Shown piece by piece: positions 28,116-38,535 of a stretch of DNA of 64,000 bases. This stretch comes from Spirochaetia bacterium (GTDB lineage: Bacteria; Spirochaetota; Spirochaetia; CADAEX01): assembly GCA_045606105.1 (NCBI GenBank), contig JAZURI010000002.1, positions 64,001 through 128,000 of the forward strand, read 5' to 3'. Positions within the stretch are counted from its first letter, which is position 1; each line of letters starts with the position of its first letter. Below the pieces are notes generated by a model. It made no database searches and was not told the origin of the DNA. It saw only the letters and a program-made list of their open reading frames with translations. Made by a program: the position numbers and the translations under genes.

Positions 28116-29052
28116 TATCACGGCAGCCTGTAAGAATCATCACCAGCCTGTCCATTCCCAAGGCAGTACCGGAGCATTCGGGAAAAGTCCTGAAAATTTC
28201 AGGATAGGAATAATCCACATCCACCTTGATTGCAGCACATTCCTCCTTGACCTTACCTTCTTCTGCATAGAAATCCCGTACAACATCGGCTCTTGTTTCC
28301 TCGGTATAACAGTTGGCAATCTCTATTCCGTCGATATAGATCTCCCATCTTTCATAGATGTTCTCTTTCCTGTTCAGTCTGGCTGTGGCAGGAATATTGG
28401 CAGGATAATCTGTCAGGACGGTAATTCCGCTGCCGCATACCACAGGCTCGGTTTCAAGAATGAATAACTTGTTGAAAACCTCTTCCCAGGTAGTATAATC
28501 ATCTCCCACCTCGTATCCCTGTTCCAGAGCAGCACTCTTTATCGATTCAAAATCGGGACACAGTGCGATATCAATTCCGGTAGTTTCAAGAAAAGCCTCC
28601 CTTACGGTAATCACTCTGAAAGGGAGATTGCTGTATTCAGGGCTGAAACGGGTGAAAAGGGTGCCGAAAAGCTCCTTGGTAAGCTCCAGGGAATCCTTGT
28701 AGTCCGCATTTACGGTATACCATTCCAGCATGGTGAATTCGGGAGAATGATTCTGACCGTTCTGCTCGTAATTGCGGAAGGACTTGCAGATCTGGAAAAT
28801 GCTGCCGCTTCCCTCAGATATAAGTTTTTTCATCCAGAGCTCAGGAGAGGGAAGAAGATAGAGATTTTTCGGATCCTCGTAAGGGGAGATAAGCTCAGTC
28901 CTGAAAATCTCGATATGGGCTTCAGGAATGACATGAGGAGCAAGAATAGGTGTGGAGACCTGAAGATAGCCCCTCTCAATAAAGAAATTTCTTACAAATT
29001 CAGTAATTTCAGCCCTTTTTCTGAGCAGTTCAAACTTTTCTGCATAATCCAT
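28099..29052 (-). CDS. epmA: EF-P lysine ligase (LysRS paralogue, PoxA/GenX)
   Basis: Catalytic-domain-only class II aaRS with SPELWMKKL, FRN.E...HSPEFTMLEWY, ERWE, EIAN and G.ALGMDRL. Start reassigned to the ATG at 29052. Confidence 0.88.
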   Translation of the reverse strand: MDYAEKFELLRKRAEITEFVRNFFIERGYLQVSTPILAPHVIPEAHIEIFRTELISPYEDPKNLYLLPSPELWMKKLISEGSGSIFQICKSFRNYEQNGQNHSPEFTMLEWYTVNADYKDSLELTKELFGTLFTRFSPEYSNLPFRVITVREAFLETTGIDIALCPDFESIKSAALEQGYEVGDDYTTWEEVFNKLFILETEPVVCGSGITVLTDYPANIPATARLNRKENIYERWEIYIDGIEIANCYTEETRADVVRDFYAEEGKVKEECAAIKVDVDYSYPEIFRTFPECSGTALGMDRLVMILTGCRDIRNVL

Positions 29053-29125
29053 AAAACAATTATACACATTTTCCCATTTATTTTCTACCAAACTGCGTTA
29101 TATGGTGTTATAATTTATACAGAGG

Positions 29126-29869
29126 ATGAACATGACAGATACAAGCAGGACAAAATCCAAGAAGAAAATCCTGGTTATTGAAGATGACGAGGATATCAGA
29201 AACCTGATACTTTTCAATCTAAGTCTGGATGAGGAATTTGAGCTTCTTGATACCGACAACGGTGAAGAGGGGCTTCTCATTGCAGAAAAGAATATACCGG
29301 ACCTTATCATACTGGACATTATGCTTCCGGGTATAGACGGCTTTGAGGTGTGCCGCATTCTCAAGGAAAACATTTCCACCAGGCGTATTCCGGTTATCAT
29401 GCTTACAGCCCGTGCCGATGACGAGGATGTGATCAGAGGATATGAGCTGGGGGTGGAGGATTATCTCAGGAAGCCTTTCAACAGCATGAAGATTCTCTCT
29501 GCAAGAATCCACAATGTCCTGCAGCGCAGGGCTGAAAATTCAAAGATAACAATCGGTTCCCTGGAAATAGACCCTCTCAGCTTTTCGGTAACTGCAGACG
29601 GAATCCCGGCCGAGCTTTCATATTCCGAATTCAAGATACTGCAGCTTCTTGCTGAAAACAGAGGTGTGGCCTTCAGCAGGGAGGCTATCATGGCAAATGT
29701 CAAGGCAGGCAAGGGCAGCGGAGAGAGCCAGGAGGAGAAGACAGGGAAGAAAAATACCCTCCGTTCCGTGGATGTACAGGTGCTTTCCCTCAGGAAGAAG
29801 CTGGGAAGCTGCGGACACCTTATCGGTACCATCAGGGGAGCGGGATATATAATCAAGACTGACATATGA
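29126..29869 (+). CDS. OmpR/PhoB-family response regulator
   Basis: IEDDED, LDIMLPGIDG, DYLRKPF and winged helix RSVDV...IGTIRGAGY. True start may be 29132. Confidence 0.9.
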   Translation: MNMTDTSRTKSKKKILVIEDDEDIRNLILFNLSLDEEFELLDTDNGEEGLLIAEKNIPDLIILDIMLPGIDGFEVCRILKENISTRRIPVIMLTARADDEDVIRGYELGVEDYLRKPFNSMKILSARIHNVLQRRAENSKITIGSLEIDPLSFSVTADGIPAELSYSEFKILQLLAENRGVAFSREAIMANVKAGKGSGESQEEKTGKKNTLRSVDVQVLSLRKKLGSCGHLIGTIRGAGYIIKTDI

Positions 29870-31623
29870 AATTAAAGATTTTCAGAAACTTTTTTTTCCG
29901 GCTCTTCTCACTTCAGTTTGCGGCACTGCTTCTCGTTGTTTCGGTAACTCTGGTACTGACCGTCAATTCCATATCGGATCTCATGTACAGGAAAACCGCA
30001 GATGAGCTGGAAAACATATGCAAGCTGGTCTGCAACACCCTTCCTTCGGAAAAAATTATATCTCTTTATGACATAGAGGCTTATGCCCTTTATGCAACCT
30101 CCGGGACAGGAATAAGGCTTACCATTATCCAGTATTCAGGAAGCATTCTTGCCGATTCCCATGCCAATTACAGATCCATGAGCAACCATTTCAACAGGCC
30201 TGAGGTAATGGAGGCATTTACAAAAAATATAGGTAGAAGCATCCGTTACAGCGAAACCATGGGAACGGAGATGATGTTCGTGGCAGTTTCATATCCCTCC
30301 ATGGGCTTTGTCATAAGGACCTCCAAGCCGGTGGAAGAGATTACCCATTTCAGGAACTTTTTCTATAAGCAGGTAATTCCTTATACTGTTTTCGTCTTTT
30401 TCATGATTCTTATTTTTGCCTTTTTCTTTTCGGCGGGAATCCATTCAAACATAAAGTCACTGAAGGATGTAACCCACCATTATGCCACCGGAGATTTTTC
30501 CGTTTTTCTTCCCGAAAGGGACGATGAGCTGGGAGACCTGAACCACTCCATCAATGTGATGGGAAGCCATCTGAAGAACAGGATTGACCTGATAACTGCA
30601 AAAAGAGATCAGATCCAGGCTATTGTCAGCCGTATGATAAACCCTGTTGTCCTGGTTGATGACCATCTGAACGTGCTTGAAATCAATCCTGCTGCGGCAA
30701 ATCTTACCGACAACAGTCAGTATGTGGGAAAAAATATCAGTGATGTAATCCTTAATGAAGATATCAATCACATTATCCGCATAACACTGGAGAAAAAGCA
30801 GGATCAGGAGTCGGCAGTATGTTTTGACCCTGTGAAAGGTATCTACTACTTTGTCCACACCACATATATCGAAGGAATCAGCACCTTATCAGGTACCGGA
30901 ACAATTCTTGTTGTAATGAACGATATCTCAGGTATGAAACGGCTTGATGACATGAGAAGGGAATTCTCCGCCAATGCCTCCCATGAACTGAAAACCCCGG
31001 TAACCTCCATCATGGGATATGTGGATACATTGATAGAAACCTACCGGGAGCATCCCGAAAATATCGGCCGTTTCCTGGGTATCATAAAGAAGCAGTCGGA
31101 CCGGCTTGCCAGAATCATAGAGGACCTTCTTATACTTTCCAGAACCGACAGTACCTATATAAGGCTGGAGAAGGAGCACATGATGGCAGATGAGCTTATT
31201 GCGGTATCGGTTTCCAATGTATCGGAAATGGCGGCCGAGAAGAACATAACCATAGAATGCGGGGATTTTTCCCATATTTCCATGTTTGTCCATCCGGTTC
31301 TGGCAGAGCAGGCCCTGAGCAATCTTCTCAACAATGCGGTAAAATATTCGGATTCCGGCACCACTGTAACAATTACGGCTGTCGAAACAGACGGCTTCAC
31401 CGAAATATCGGTATCTGACAACGGGCCCGGCATTGAGCCTGAATATCTTCCTAGGCTCTTTGAACGCTTCTACAGGGTCAACAAGGAGATCAGCCGTACA
31501 CTGGGTGGCACTGGTCTCGGACTCTCCATCGTAAAACAGGTGGCTGTAACCCACGGAGGCAAGGTTGAAGTCGAAAGTGTGGTTGGCAAAGGGTCTGTTT
31601 TTAAAATATACTTCCCGGCATAG
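29866..31623 (+). CDS. PhoR-like sensor histidine kinase (HAMP, PAS, HisKA, HATPase)
   Basis: Two TM segments, NHFNRPEV, ANASHELKTP, NLLNNAVKY, DNGPGI, FERFYRV and GGTGLGL. Confidence 0.9.
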   Translation: MKLKIFRNFFFRLFSLQFAALLLVVSVTLVLTVNSISDLMYRKTADELENICKLVCNTLPSEKIISLYDIEAYALYATSGTGIRLTIIQYSGSILADSHANYRSMSNHFNRPEVMEAFTKNIGRSIRYSETMGTEMMFVAVSYPSMGFVIRTSKPVEEITHFRNFFYKQVIPYTVFVFFMILIFAFFFSAGIHSNIKSLKDVTHHYATGDFSVFLPERDDELGDLNHSINVMGSHLKNRIDLITAKRDQIQAIVSRMINPVVLVDDHLNVLEINPAAANLTDNSQYVGKNISDVILNEDINHIIRITLEKKQDQESAVCFDPVKGIYYFVHTTYIEGISTLSGTGTILVVMNDISGMKRLDDMRREFSANASHELKTPVTSIMGYVDTLIETYREHPENIGRFLGIIKKQSDRLARIIEDLLILSRTDSTYIRLEKEHMMADELIAVSVSNVSEMAAEKNITIECGDFSHISMFVHPVLAEQALSNLLNNAVKYSDSGTTVTITAVETDGFTEISVSDNGPGIEPEYLPRLFERFYRVNKEISRTLGGTGLGLSIVKQVAVTHGGKVEVESVVGKGSVFKIYFPA

Positions 31624-31634
31624 GATTTGTTTTT

Positions 31635-34385
31635 ATGAAAAAATTTGCAGCAATCATTGTTTTTATCCTTCTTGCAGGATTTCTTCATTCACAGGAGCTT
31701 AAACCCGATTCCTCAATAAAGATGGGGGAGCTGGATAACGGTCTATCGTACTATATCAAGGATAATTCTTTCCCAGAAAACCAGACCTTTCTCAGACTGG
31801 TGGTAGCCTCAGGCTCCATTGATGAAAACGAGAACCAGCTGGGTCTTGCACACTTTATGGAACACATGGCTTTCAACGGCACAGAAAAATATCCCGGAAA
31901 CAGAATCATAGATTTTCTGGAAAAATGCGGTGTAAGATTCGGTCCTGACCTGAATGCATATACCAGCTACGACAGAACAGTATATATGATCAATTTCCCT
32001 ACCTCCGACATGAATACCATAGAGCAGGGAATCGAAATACTTGCCGAATGGGCAGGAAGAATCTCTATGGAACAGAAAGAGATAGACAAGGAAAGGGGTG
32101 TTGTCCTGGAGGAACTTAGACGGGGGAAGGGAGCAGGTGAAAGAATAAGCCGCTTCCACACCGAAAACCTGCTGAAAGGTTCTGTATTTGTAGACAGGGA
32201 CCCCATCGGAAAGGCTGAAATACTTAAGAATTTCAAAAGGGAAGAGCTGGTATCCTTCTATACCGACCGCTACAGACCTGAACTTATGGCAGTTATTGCC
32301 GTAGGTCAGTTTGATACAGAGCTTATCGAAAAAGAAATCAGGGAAAAGTTTTCTTACCTGAAAAGGGGAAAACCTTTAAAGATTGCCGATAAATCGGTAC
32401 CTATTGGCAAAGATCCTGTGGCTGCCGTTTATGCCGACAAGGAGGCTGAAGCAACCGAATTTACCGTTTATTACCGCATTCCTCACGAAAACGTAACCAC
32501 GGAACAGCAGTACAGGGCTTCCATAGTAAAGGCTCTTTTCTCAAACATGCTGACAAACAGATATGAGGAACTGAAAAGCAGCAAAAATCCTCCCTTCATT
32601 TCTGCCTATTCAGGCTTCGGCTCCATGTTTGATACCATGTCATTCTGTACCGTAGCCGCAACCCTTAAAAATGACAGTGTAATCAGCGGTATTGATGCTG
32701 TTACTGCCGAGCTGGCCAGGGTTATCAGACACGGATTCACACAGGGTGAGCTGCAGAGATCCAAGGCCGAACTCATGAGCCTTATGGAAACTGCCTATAA
32801 CGAAAGGGAAAAGACCCACTCGTCATCACTTGTTGCCGAATACACCAGAAATTTCCTGGACAACGAAACTATTCCCGGAATTGAAAAGGAATATATGATA
32901 TACAAGAAATCCCTTTCCGAAATAACCCTGGAGGAGGTTAACAGCCTGAGACCGGTTTTCGGACAGAAGGAGGGACTCATGGTTCTTCTTACCGGTACTG
33001 AAAAAACGCTGGAGGGAACTGATGATAAAATTCTCATGAAGACCTTTGAAAAGGGTATTTCATCGGAACCGGCCCCTTATGTGGATTCGGCACCGGATTC
33101 CATTGTCATTGACAATATGCCTGAACCGGGAAAAACAAAAAAGATCAGGCATGACCGTAAGAATGATGTAACCACGCTGAAGCTTTCCAACGGATCGGAG
33201 GTAATAATAAAATCCACCGATTTCAGGAACGACCAGATACTTTTCTCAGCCTCATCCTTCGGCGGAAGTTCCTTGGTTTCCGATAAGGATTGGGCATCAT
33301 CAATGGTGGCCTGTGCAGTTGCGGTGAACAGCGGACTCGGCAGCTACGGCAAAACAGAGCTGGACAAGGTTCTTATGGGTAAGAACATATCACTTTCCCC
33401 GTATATTGAAGATTATTCCGAAGGCTTCAGCGGACATTCATCCGTAAGGGACCTGGAAACGGTTTTCCAGCTGATCTACCTTTATTTCACTGCACCGAGA
33501 TTTGACAGGACAGCCTACGATTCCTATATGACCAGACTGGAAAATGCTGTGAAGAATATGGAAAACACACCGGACAAGATCTTCAGCGATGCCTTCAGAA
33601 AAGCACTTTATGAGGGTCATTTCAGAGGAAGGCAGTTTGATGAAAAAATACTTGAAGAAATATCCTTTGAGGCCTGCAGCTCGGTATTCAGAACCAGGTT
33701 TGCCGATCCCGGAGACTTCACCTTTGTTTTTGTAGGAAATACCGATGCTGAAACCATCAGGGAGCTTGCCGAAAAATATATTGCCTCTGTCGGTTCCGTA
33801 AAAAAACGGGAGAAATGGGCCGATGACGGCAAGAGAATATCCGACAAAGGCTCCTCTACAGAAATCTACAAGGGGACCGATGACAAGAGCCAAGTGCTTT
33901 TGCTTATGAAAGGAGACTGCCGGGATTCCGCAAAAACCAGAATAGAGATAGATGCAGTTTCCTACATCCTGGACATCAGACTCCGTGAGAAAATAAGGGA
34001 GGAGATGGGAGGCACCTACAGTATTTCGGCATATCCCTCTTTTGTACAGATTCCTGACTCAAAATATATGATTTATATCATCTTCGGATGCGATCCGGAA
34101 AGAACCGATGAGTTAAGCAAGGCTGTTCTTGAGGAAATAGAAAAGCTGAAGGAGGCTGTTCCGCAGGAGGATCTTGTCAAGTTCAAAGCTGCAAGACTGG
34201 CCGAATATGAAAAGAACCTGAAAGAGAATGCCTACTGGCTTTCAGTTCTGGAGCAGGAAAGCACAGATCTCAATTACGAGAAGCTGATTAACAGGCTGAA
34301 AACAGGCACCCTGAGAAAAAGGGCAGAAAAGTTTTTCGATACTTCGGACATGCTTGTTCTGACACTTTATCCAGAAATTACTTGA
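31635..34385 (+). CDS. Exported M16B zinc protease (PqqL-like)
   Basis: Signal peptide, LDNGL, GLAHFMEH (HxxEH), NAYTS, ERGVVLEE and LREKIRE..G.TY. Confidence 0.92.
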   Translation: MKKFAAIIVFILLAGFLHSQELKPDSSIKMGELDNGLSYYIKDNSFPENQTFLRLVVASGSIDENENQLGLAHFMEHMAFNGTEKYPGNRIIDFLEKCGVRFGPDLNAYTSYDRTVYMINFPTSDMNTIEQGIEILAEWAGRISMEQKEIDKERGVVLEELRRGKGAGERISRFHTENLLKGSVFVDRDPIGKAEILKNFKREELVSFYTDRYRPELMAVIAVGQFDTELIEKEIREKFSYLKRGKPLKIADKSVPIGKDPVAAVYADKEAEATEFTVYYRIPHENVTTEQQYRASIVKALFSNMLTNRYEELKSSKNPPFISAYSGFGSMFDTMSFCTVAATLKNDSVISGIDAVTAELARVIRHGFTQGELQRSKAELMSLMETAYNEREKTHSSSLVAEYTRNFLDNETIPGIEKEYMIYKKSLSEITLEEVNSLRPVFGQKEGLMVLLTGTEKTLEGTDDKILMKTFEKGISSEPAPYVDSAPDSIVIDNMPEPGKTKKIRHDRKNDVTTLKLSNGSEVIIKSTDFRNDQILFSASSFGGSSLVSDKDWASSMVACAVAVNSGLGSYGKTELDKVLMGKNISLSPYIEDYSEGFSGHSSVRDLETVFQLIYLYFTAPRFDRTAYDSYMTRLENAVKNMENTPDKIFSDAFRKALYEGHFRGRQFDEKILEEISFEACSSVFRTRFADPGDFTFVFVGNTDAETIRELAEKYIASVGSVKKREKWADDGKRISDKGSSTEIYKGTDDKSQVLLLMKGDCRDSAKTRIEIDAVSYILDIRLREKIREEMGGTYSISAYPSFVQIPDSKYMIYIIFGCDPERTDELSKAVLEEIEKLKEAVPQEDLVKFKAARLAEYEKNLKENAYWLSVLEQESTDLNYEKLINRLKTGTLRKRAEKFFDTSDMLVLTLYPEIT

Positions 34386-34419
34386 AAACTAAGGAAGTAT
34401 ACTTTATACTATATTATTA

Positions 34420-35349
34420 ATGAATCTGGAAGTTTTTGTACTAGGTTCCGGTGGTATGATGCCGCTTCCGAAACGGCACCTGACATCTGTTCTTCTGCGC
34501 AGAGAGGGAGATCTCTTTCTTTTTGACTGCGGTGAAGGGACTCAGGTTTCTCTGAAGAAGCTTAACCTGCGCTGGAAAAACATATCTACAATCTTTATTT
34601 CTCACACCCATGCAGATCATGTGACCGGGCTTCCCGGAATCATGATGCTTTCATCACAGGTTGACAGGACAGAACCTCTTTATATCATAGGTCCTCCTAG
34701 AATCAGGGATTTTGTGGAAGCAAGCATGAAAATTCTTGACATGTACATCAATTATGAGGTCATCATAAAAGAAATAGAGGAGCCGGGAATTGTATACAGC
34801 ACCGAATCCTTTCAGGTTGAGGCCTTCAGGCTGGATCATACAAAACCGTGCTACGGTTATACCTTTACCGAATTTCCCAGGGCAGGAATATTCCATCCCG
34901 ACAAGGCAAGGGAGCTGGGTATTCCCATGGGGGCCATGTGGTCAAGGCTGCAGAAAGGGGAAAACATCACCCTGGATGACGGCAGGATAATCACACCTGA
35001 TATGGTTCTCGGAGAGCAGAGGAAGGGGAGAAAGTTCTCCTTTGTCACAGATACGCTCTCAATGCCGGAAATTGCCCCTAAGGTAACCGGCTCCGATGTA
35101 TTTATCTGTGAGGGCATGTTTGAGGAGGAGCTGGCCGGATCGGCCCATGAGAAGAAGCACATGACAGCGGCAGAGGCAGCCCGTATAGCAGCTTCGGCAG
35201 GTGGGATAAAACAGCTTGGTCTTATCCACTACAGCCCACGCTATACCGACAAGGAGCTCAGGAAGCTTCTTGATGAGGCAAGAGAAATCTTTCCGGATAC
35301 ATTCCTTACAAGGGACGGACAGACACTATCAGTAAAATATGAGGATTAA
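34420..35349 (+). CDS. rnz: Ribonuclease Z
   Basis: LFDCGEGTQ, SHTHADH, exosite PMG, TDT, HMTA and HYSPRY. Promoter TTGAAA-17-TATACT at 34382-34410. Confidence 0.93.
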   Translation: MNLEVFVLGSGGMMPLPKRHLTSVLLRREGDLFLFDCGEGTQVSLKKLNLRWKNISTIFISHTHADHVTGLPGIMMLSSQVDRTEPLYIIGPPRIRDFVEASMKILDMYINYEVIIKEIEEPGIVYSTESFQVEAFRLDHTKPCYGYTFTEFPRAGIFHPDKARELGIPMGAMWSRLQKGENITLDDGRIITPDMVLGEQRKGRKFSFVTDTLSMPEIAPKVTGSDVFICEGMFEEELAGSAHEKKHMTAAEAARIAASAGGIKQLGLIHYSPRYTDKELRKLLDEAREIFPDTFLTRDGQTLSVKYED

Positions 35350-35366
35350 ATTATGGAGACAAATTT

Positions 35367-36299
35367 ATGATACATGTGGAAAATATTGAAAAGATTTACG
35401 GCAAGTTCAAGGCTGTGAACAATGTTTCCTTTGATATTGGCAGAGGAGAAATCGTAGGTCTTCTCGGTCCGAACGGAGCAGGTAAGACCACCATCATGAA
35501 GATTCTTACCGGATACCATTATCCTACAAGCGGAAATGCCATTCTTAACGGTTACAGCATTTATGACAATCCGCTGAAGATAAAGGAATCCACAGGATAC
35601 CTTCCTGAAATGGCTCCACTGTACGATGATCTTACAGTAATCGAATATCTTGATTTCATGGCTGATATCAGGAAAGTAAGCAAGGATATAAAGAAAAGGG
35701 AAATAGAAAGGGTAATCGCGGAATGCGGGCTCTCTCCTGTGGTTTACAGGGGAATCGGCAAGCTTTCCAAGGGATACAGACAGAGAACAGGACTGGCCCA
35801 GGCCATTATCCATTCTCCGGAAATCCTTATCCTGGACGAACCTACCACCGGTCTCGACCCTAACCAGATCATCGAGATCAGAAAGCTTATCTCAGATATC
35901 GGCAAGGAAAAGACAGTCATCCTTTCCACCCACATCCTCCAGGAGGTTGAAGCAGTCTGCAACAGGGTTCTCATCCTCAACCGCGGAAATATTGTGGCCG
36001 AGGGTACTCCGGACAAGATCAGGGATGAAGTGAAAGAAGACGAAAAATATACCGTTGAAATCATAGGCAAGGCAGATATTACTTCACTTGAAAAGCTGGA
36101 CTCTGTTCTCGGAATCATTTCCGAAGAGACAGCAGACGGAAAGACCATCATCAAGCTTTCCACAAGAAAGCAGTACGATGCCGGTGCGGAAATCTTCGAC
36201 TGGGCCGTTTCCGGAGGCCACAGGCTTACAGCCCTGGTACCGGAGCAGACAAGCCTTGAGGATATTTTCAGGATTCTTACAAAAAAGGCGGGGGTGTAA
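35367..36299 (+). CDS. ABC transporter ATP-binding protein (GldA-like)
   Basis: GPNGAGKTT, LSKGYRQR, LDEPTTGLDPNQ and STHILQEV. Confidence 0.9.
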   Translation: MIHVENIEKIYGKFKAVNNVSFDIGRGEIVGLLGPNGAGKTTIMKILTGYHYPTSGNAILNGYSIYDNPLKIKESTGYLPEMAPLYDDLTVIEYLDFMADIRKVSKDIKKREIERVIAECGLSPVVYRGIGKLSKGYRQRTGLAQAIIHSPEILILDEPTTGLDPNQIIEIRKLISDIGKEKTVILSTHILQEVEAVCNRVLILNRGNIVAEGTPDKIRDEVKEDEKYTVEIIGKADITSLEKLDSVLGIISEETADGKTIIKLSTRKQYDAGAEIFDWAVSGGHRLTALVPEQTSLEDIFRILTKKAGV

Positions 36300-36300
36300 A

Positions 36301-37014
36301 GTGAACGTAAAAGGACTTATCAAAAAAGAGCTTAAAGCATATTTCAACTCCCCGATGGCATATCTGGTGGTGCTGTTCTTCATACTCAGCCTCAACATCT
36401 TCTTTTTCTTCTTCGGACAGTTCTTTGCCAACGATAACGCATCCATGAGAAACTACTTCTCCATTATGCCTATCCTTTTTATCCTTATACTGCCGGCCAT
36501 CAGCATGAGAAGCTGGGCAGAGGAGAGAAAGCTCAGGACAGATGAGCTTCTTTTTACCCTTCCTCTCAGCGAGTTCGAGATTGTAATGGGAAAATTCCTC
36601 AGTGCCGTTTTCCTTCTTTGCATGATGATTATCCTTACATTCCCGGTTCCGATAATGCTCAACATGTTCGGAAGCTTTGAAAGAGGACAGATTATCGGAG
36701 AATACATCGGAACATTCCTTCTGGGTATTTCAGGCCTTGCGGTGGGACAGTTCATCTCCTCCAGGACCTCAAACCAGATCAGTGCATATATCTTCAGCGT
36801 AGTGGTGCTTATCTTCATCACATTCATCGGAGATATCACCATGATGATCAACATCAATCCGGCAGTGGGAAAAATCTTCAGCTACCTTTCACTCAGCACC
36901 CACTTTGCATCCTTTGAGAAGGGTATATTTGACACAAGGGACTTTGCATATTTCACTATCATAACCAGTCTCTTCCTGTACCTGAACATCAAGGTAATCA
37001 AATTAAAGAAGTGA
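36301..37014 (+). CDS. ABC-2 permease (GldF-like)
   Basis: KKELKAYFNSP.AY, PAISMR.WAEERK..TDELL.TLP and about 6 TM segments. GTG start at 36301. Confidence 0.85.
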   Translation: MNVKGLIKKELKAYFNSPMAYLVVLFFILSLNIFFFFFGQFFANDNASMRNYFSIMPILFILILPAISMRSWAEERKLRTDELLFTLPLSEFEIVMGKFLSAVFLLCMMIILTFPVPIMLNMFGSFERGQIIGEYIGTFLLGISGLAVGQFISSRTSNQISAYIFSVVVLIFITFIGDITMMININPAVGKIFSYLSLSTHFASFEKGIFDTRDFAYFTIITSLFLYLNIKVIKLKK

Positions 37015-37024
37015 GGCGGAAAAC

Positions 37025-38530
37025 ATGAACAACAAGAAAAAAGAGATAATTTTAGCAGTTCTGGTTTTTGCGGCCGCCATACTTCTGGCCCTTAACACAA
37101 CCAGGTATTTCGGAAGAATAGACATGACCGAAAACAAGTCATTCACAATTTCGGCAGCCACCAAGGAATATATCAAGACTATTCCTGAGCAGGTTAACAT
37201 CACCTATTTCATTTCCGACAAGATCAGGACCATTACTCCTGCTGCAGCCCAGATCGAGGATATCCTTTTCGAATATGCGGCAAACTCCAGGGGTCATATT
37301 GTTTCAAGCTCCGTGGATCCTGCAAAGAATTTCATGGACAGCTATGCAAAGAAGATGGGTATCACCGCCCAGCAGGTTGAAATCTACGACAGGAACGAAA
37401 GGGCATACTCCACCGTTTTCTCAGGTATCCTTATCCAGTATCTGGACAGGACAGAGGCAATTCCTTTTATCCTTGACCTTTCAAACCTTGAATACGAGGT
37501 TACCAGCACCATCCAGAAGCTGGTAGAAAACAGGACAACAAAAATCGCACTCCTGACAGGTAACGACAAGAATACGGTCGATTACTACTATACCTTCCTC
37601 AATGAGGCCATGAAACTCTCCGGAGAGGTGGTTGTACAGGAAAGGGGAAAGGAAATCGACAGCTCCGTATCGGTTCTTTTTGTGCTCGGAAACATGGATA
37701 TAACAGAGGAAGAGCTCCGTCCGGTGGACAGGTACATGATGAACGGAGGAAAGGTCATTTTCCTGGTGGACGGTGTCCATGTTGACATGCTCGACAACCT
37801 GAAGGCAACCAAGATCGAGAACAACCCTTGCATCAACATGCTGAAAAAATGGGGAATTACCGTAAACAACAACATGGTTCTTGACAAGTACTGCAAGAAA
37901 ATCACCATGAAGGACCAGCTTCCTATAAACTATCCTCAGTGGCTCAGTATAAACAGCAAGTATGTATCAAAGGATAACCCGATCACAGCCGGCTTTGTCA
38001 GTCTGGACATGATGTGGGCCAGCTCCATTGACATCACCCCTGCGGAAGGACTCAGCTACGAGAAGCTTCTTTCCTCCACTGAAGAATCATGGCTCCTTAC
38101 AGACTATCTTACAGGAAGTCCTTACGAAGCCTATACCACCCAGAACGTGGCCCAGGAAACCAAGGGCTCCCATGCTCTTGCCTATGCAGTTACAGGCTCT
38201 TTCGCAAGTGCCTACGGCCAGGGAAAATCTCCTGACACAAAAATCATTGTAGTCAGCGATGCAGACTTCATCTCAAACCTTCTTGAATATACCGAAAGCC
38301 CTGCAAACATGCTTTTTGCGGAAAATGCAGTGGAATGGCTTACCAACGACAGCTTCATGAACATAAAGACAAGAAGCATGAGGGACGTGAGACTCAACAA
38401 GATTACCGACATGAGTGACAAGCTCAGAGCAATTATCGCGGTTTATGCGGTTAATATCATTATCATTCCGGCCGGAATCATTTTCTACGGTATATTCAGA
38501 TATGTGAGACGTAAAAGAAAGGATGCGTAA
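37025..38530 (+). CDS. GldG-family (GIFT-domain) ABC auxiliary protein
   Basis: N-terminal TM, RIDMTENK.FTIS, LEYEVTSTI, YMMNGGK, VVSDADF and a C-terminal TM. Confidence 0.82.
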   Translation: MNNKKKEIILAVLVFAAAILLALNTTRYFGRIDMTENKSFTISAATKEYIKTIPEQVNITYFISDKIRTITPAAAQIEDILFEYAANSRGHIVSSSVDPAKNFMDSYAKKMGITAQQVEIYDRNERAYSTVFSGILIQYLDRTEAIPFILDLSNLEYEVTSTIQKLVENRTTKIALLTGNDKNTVDYYYTFLNEAMKLSGEVVVQERGKEIDSSVSVLFVLGNMDITEEELRPVDRYMMNGGKVIFLVDGVHVDMLDNLKATKIENNPCINMLKKWGITVNNNMVLDKYCKKITMKDQLPINYPQWLSINSKYVSKDNPITAGFVSLDMMWASSIDITPAEGLSYEKLLSSTEESWLLTDYLTGSPYEAYTTQNVAQETKGSHALAYAVTGSFASAYGQGKSPDTKIIVVSDADFISNLLEYTESPANMLFAENAVEWLTNDSFMNIKTRSMRDVRLNKITDMSDKLRAIIAVYAVNIIIIPAGIIFYGIFRYVRRKRKDA

Positions 38531-38535
38531 ATAAA

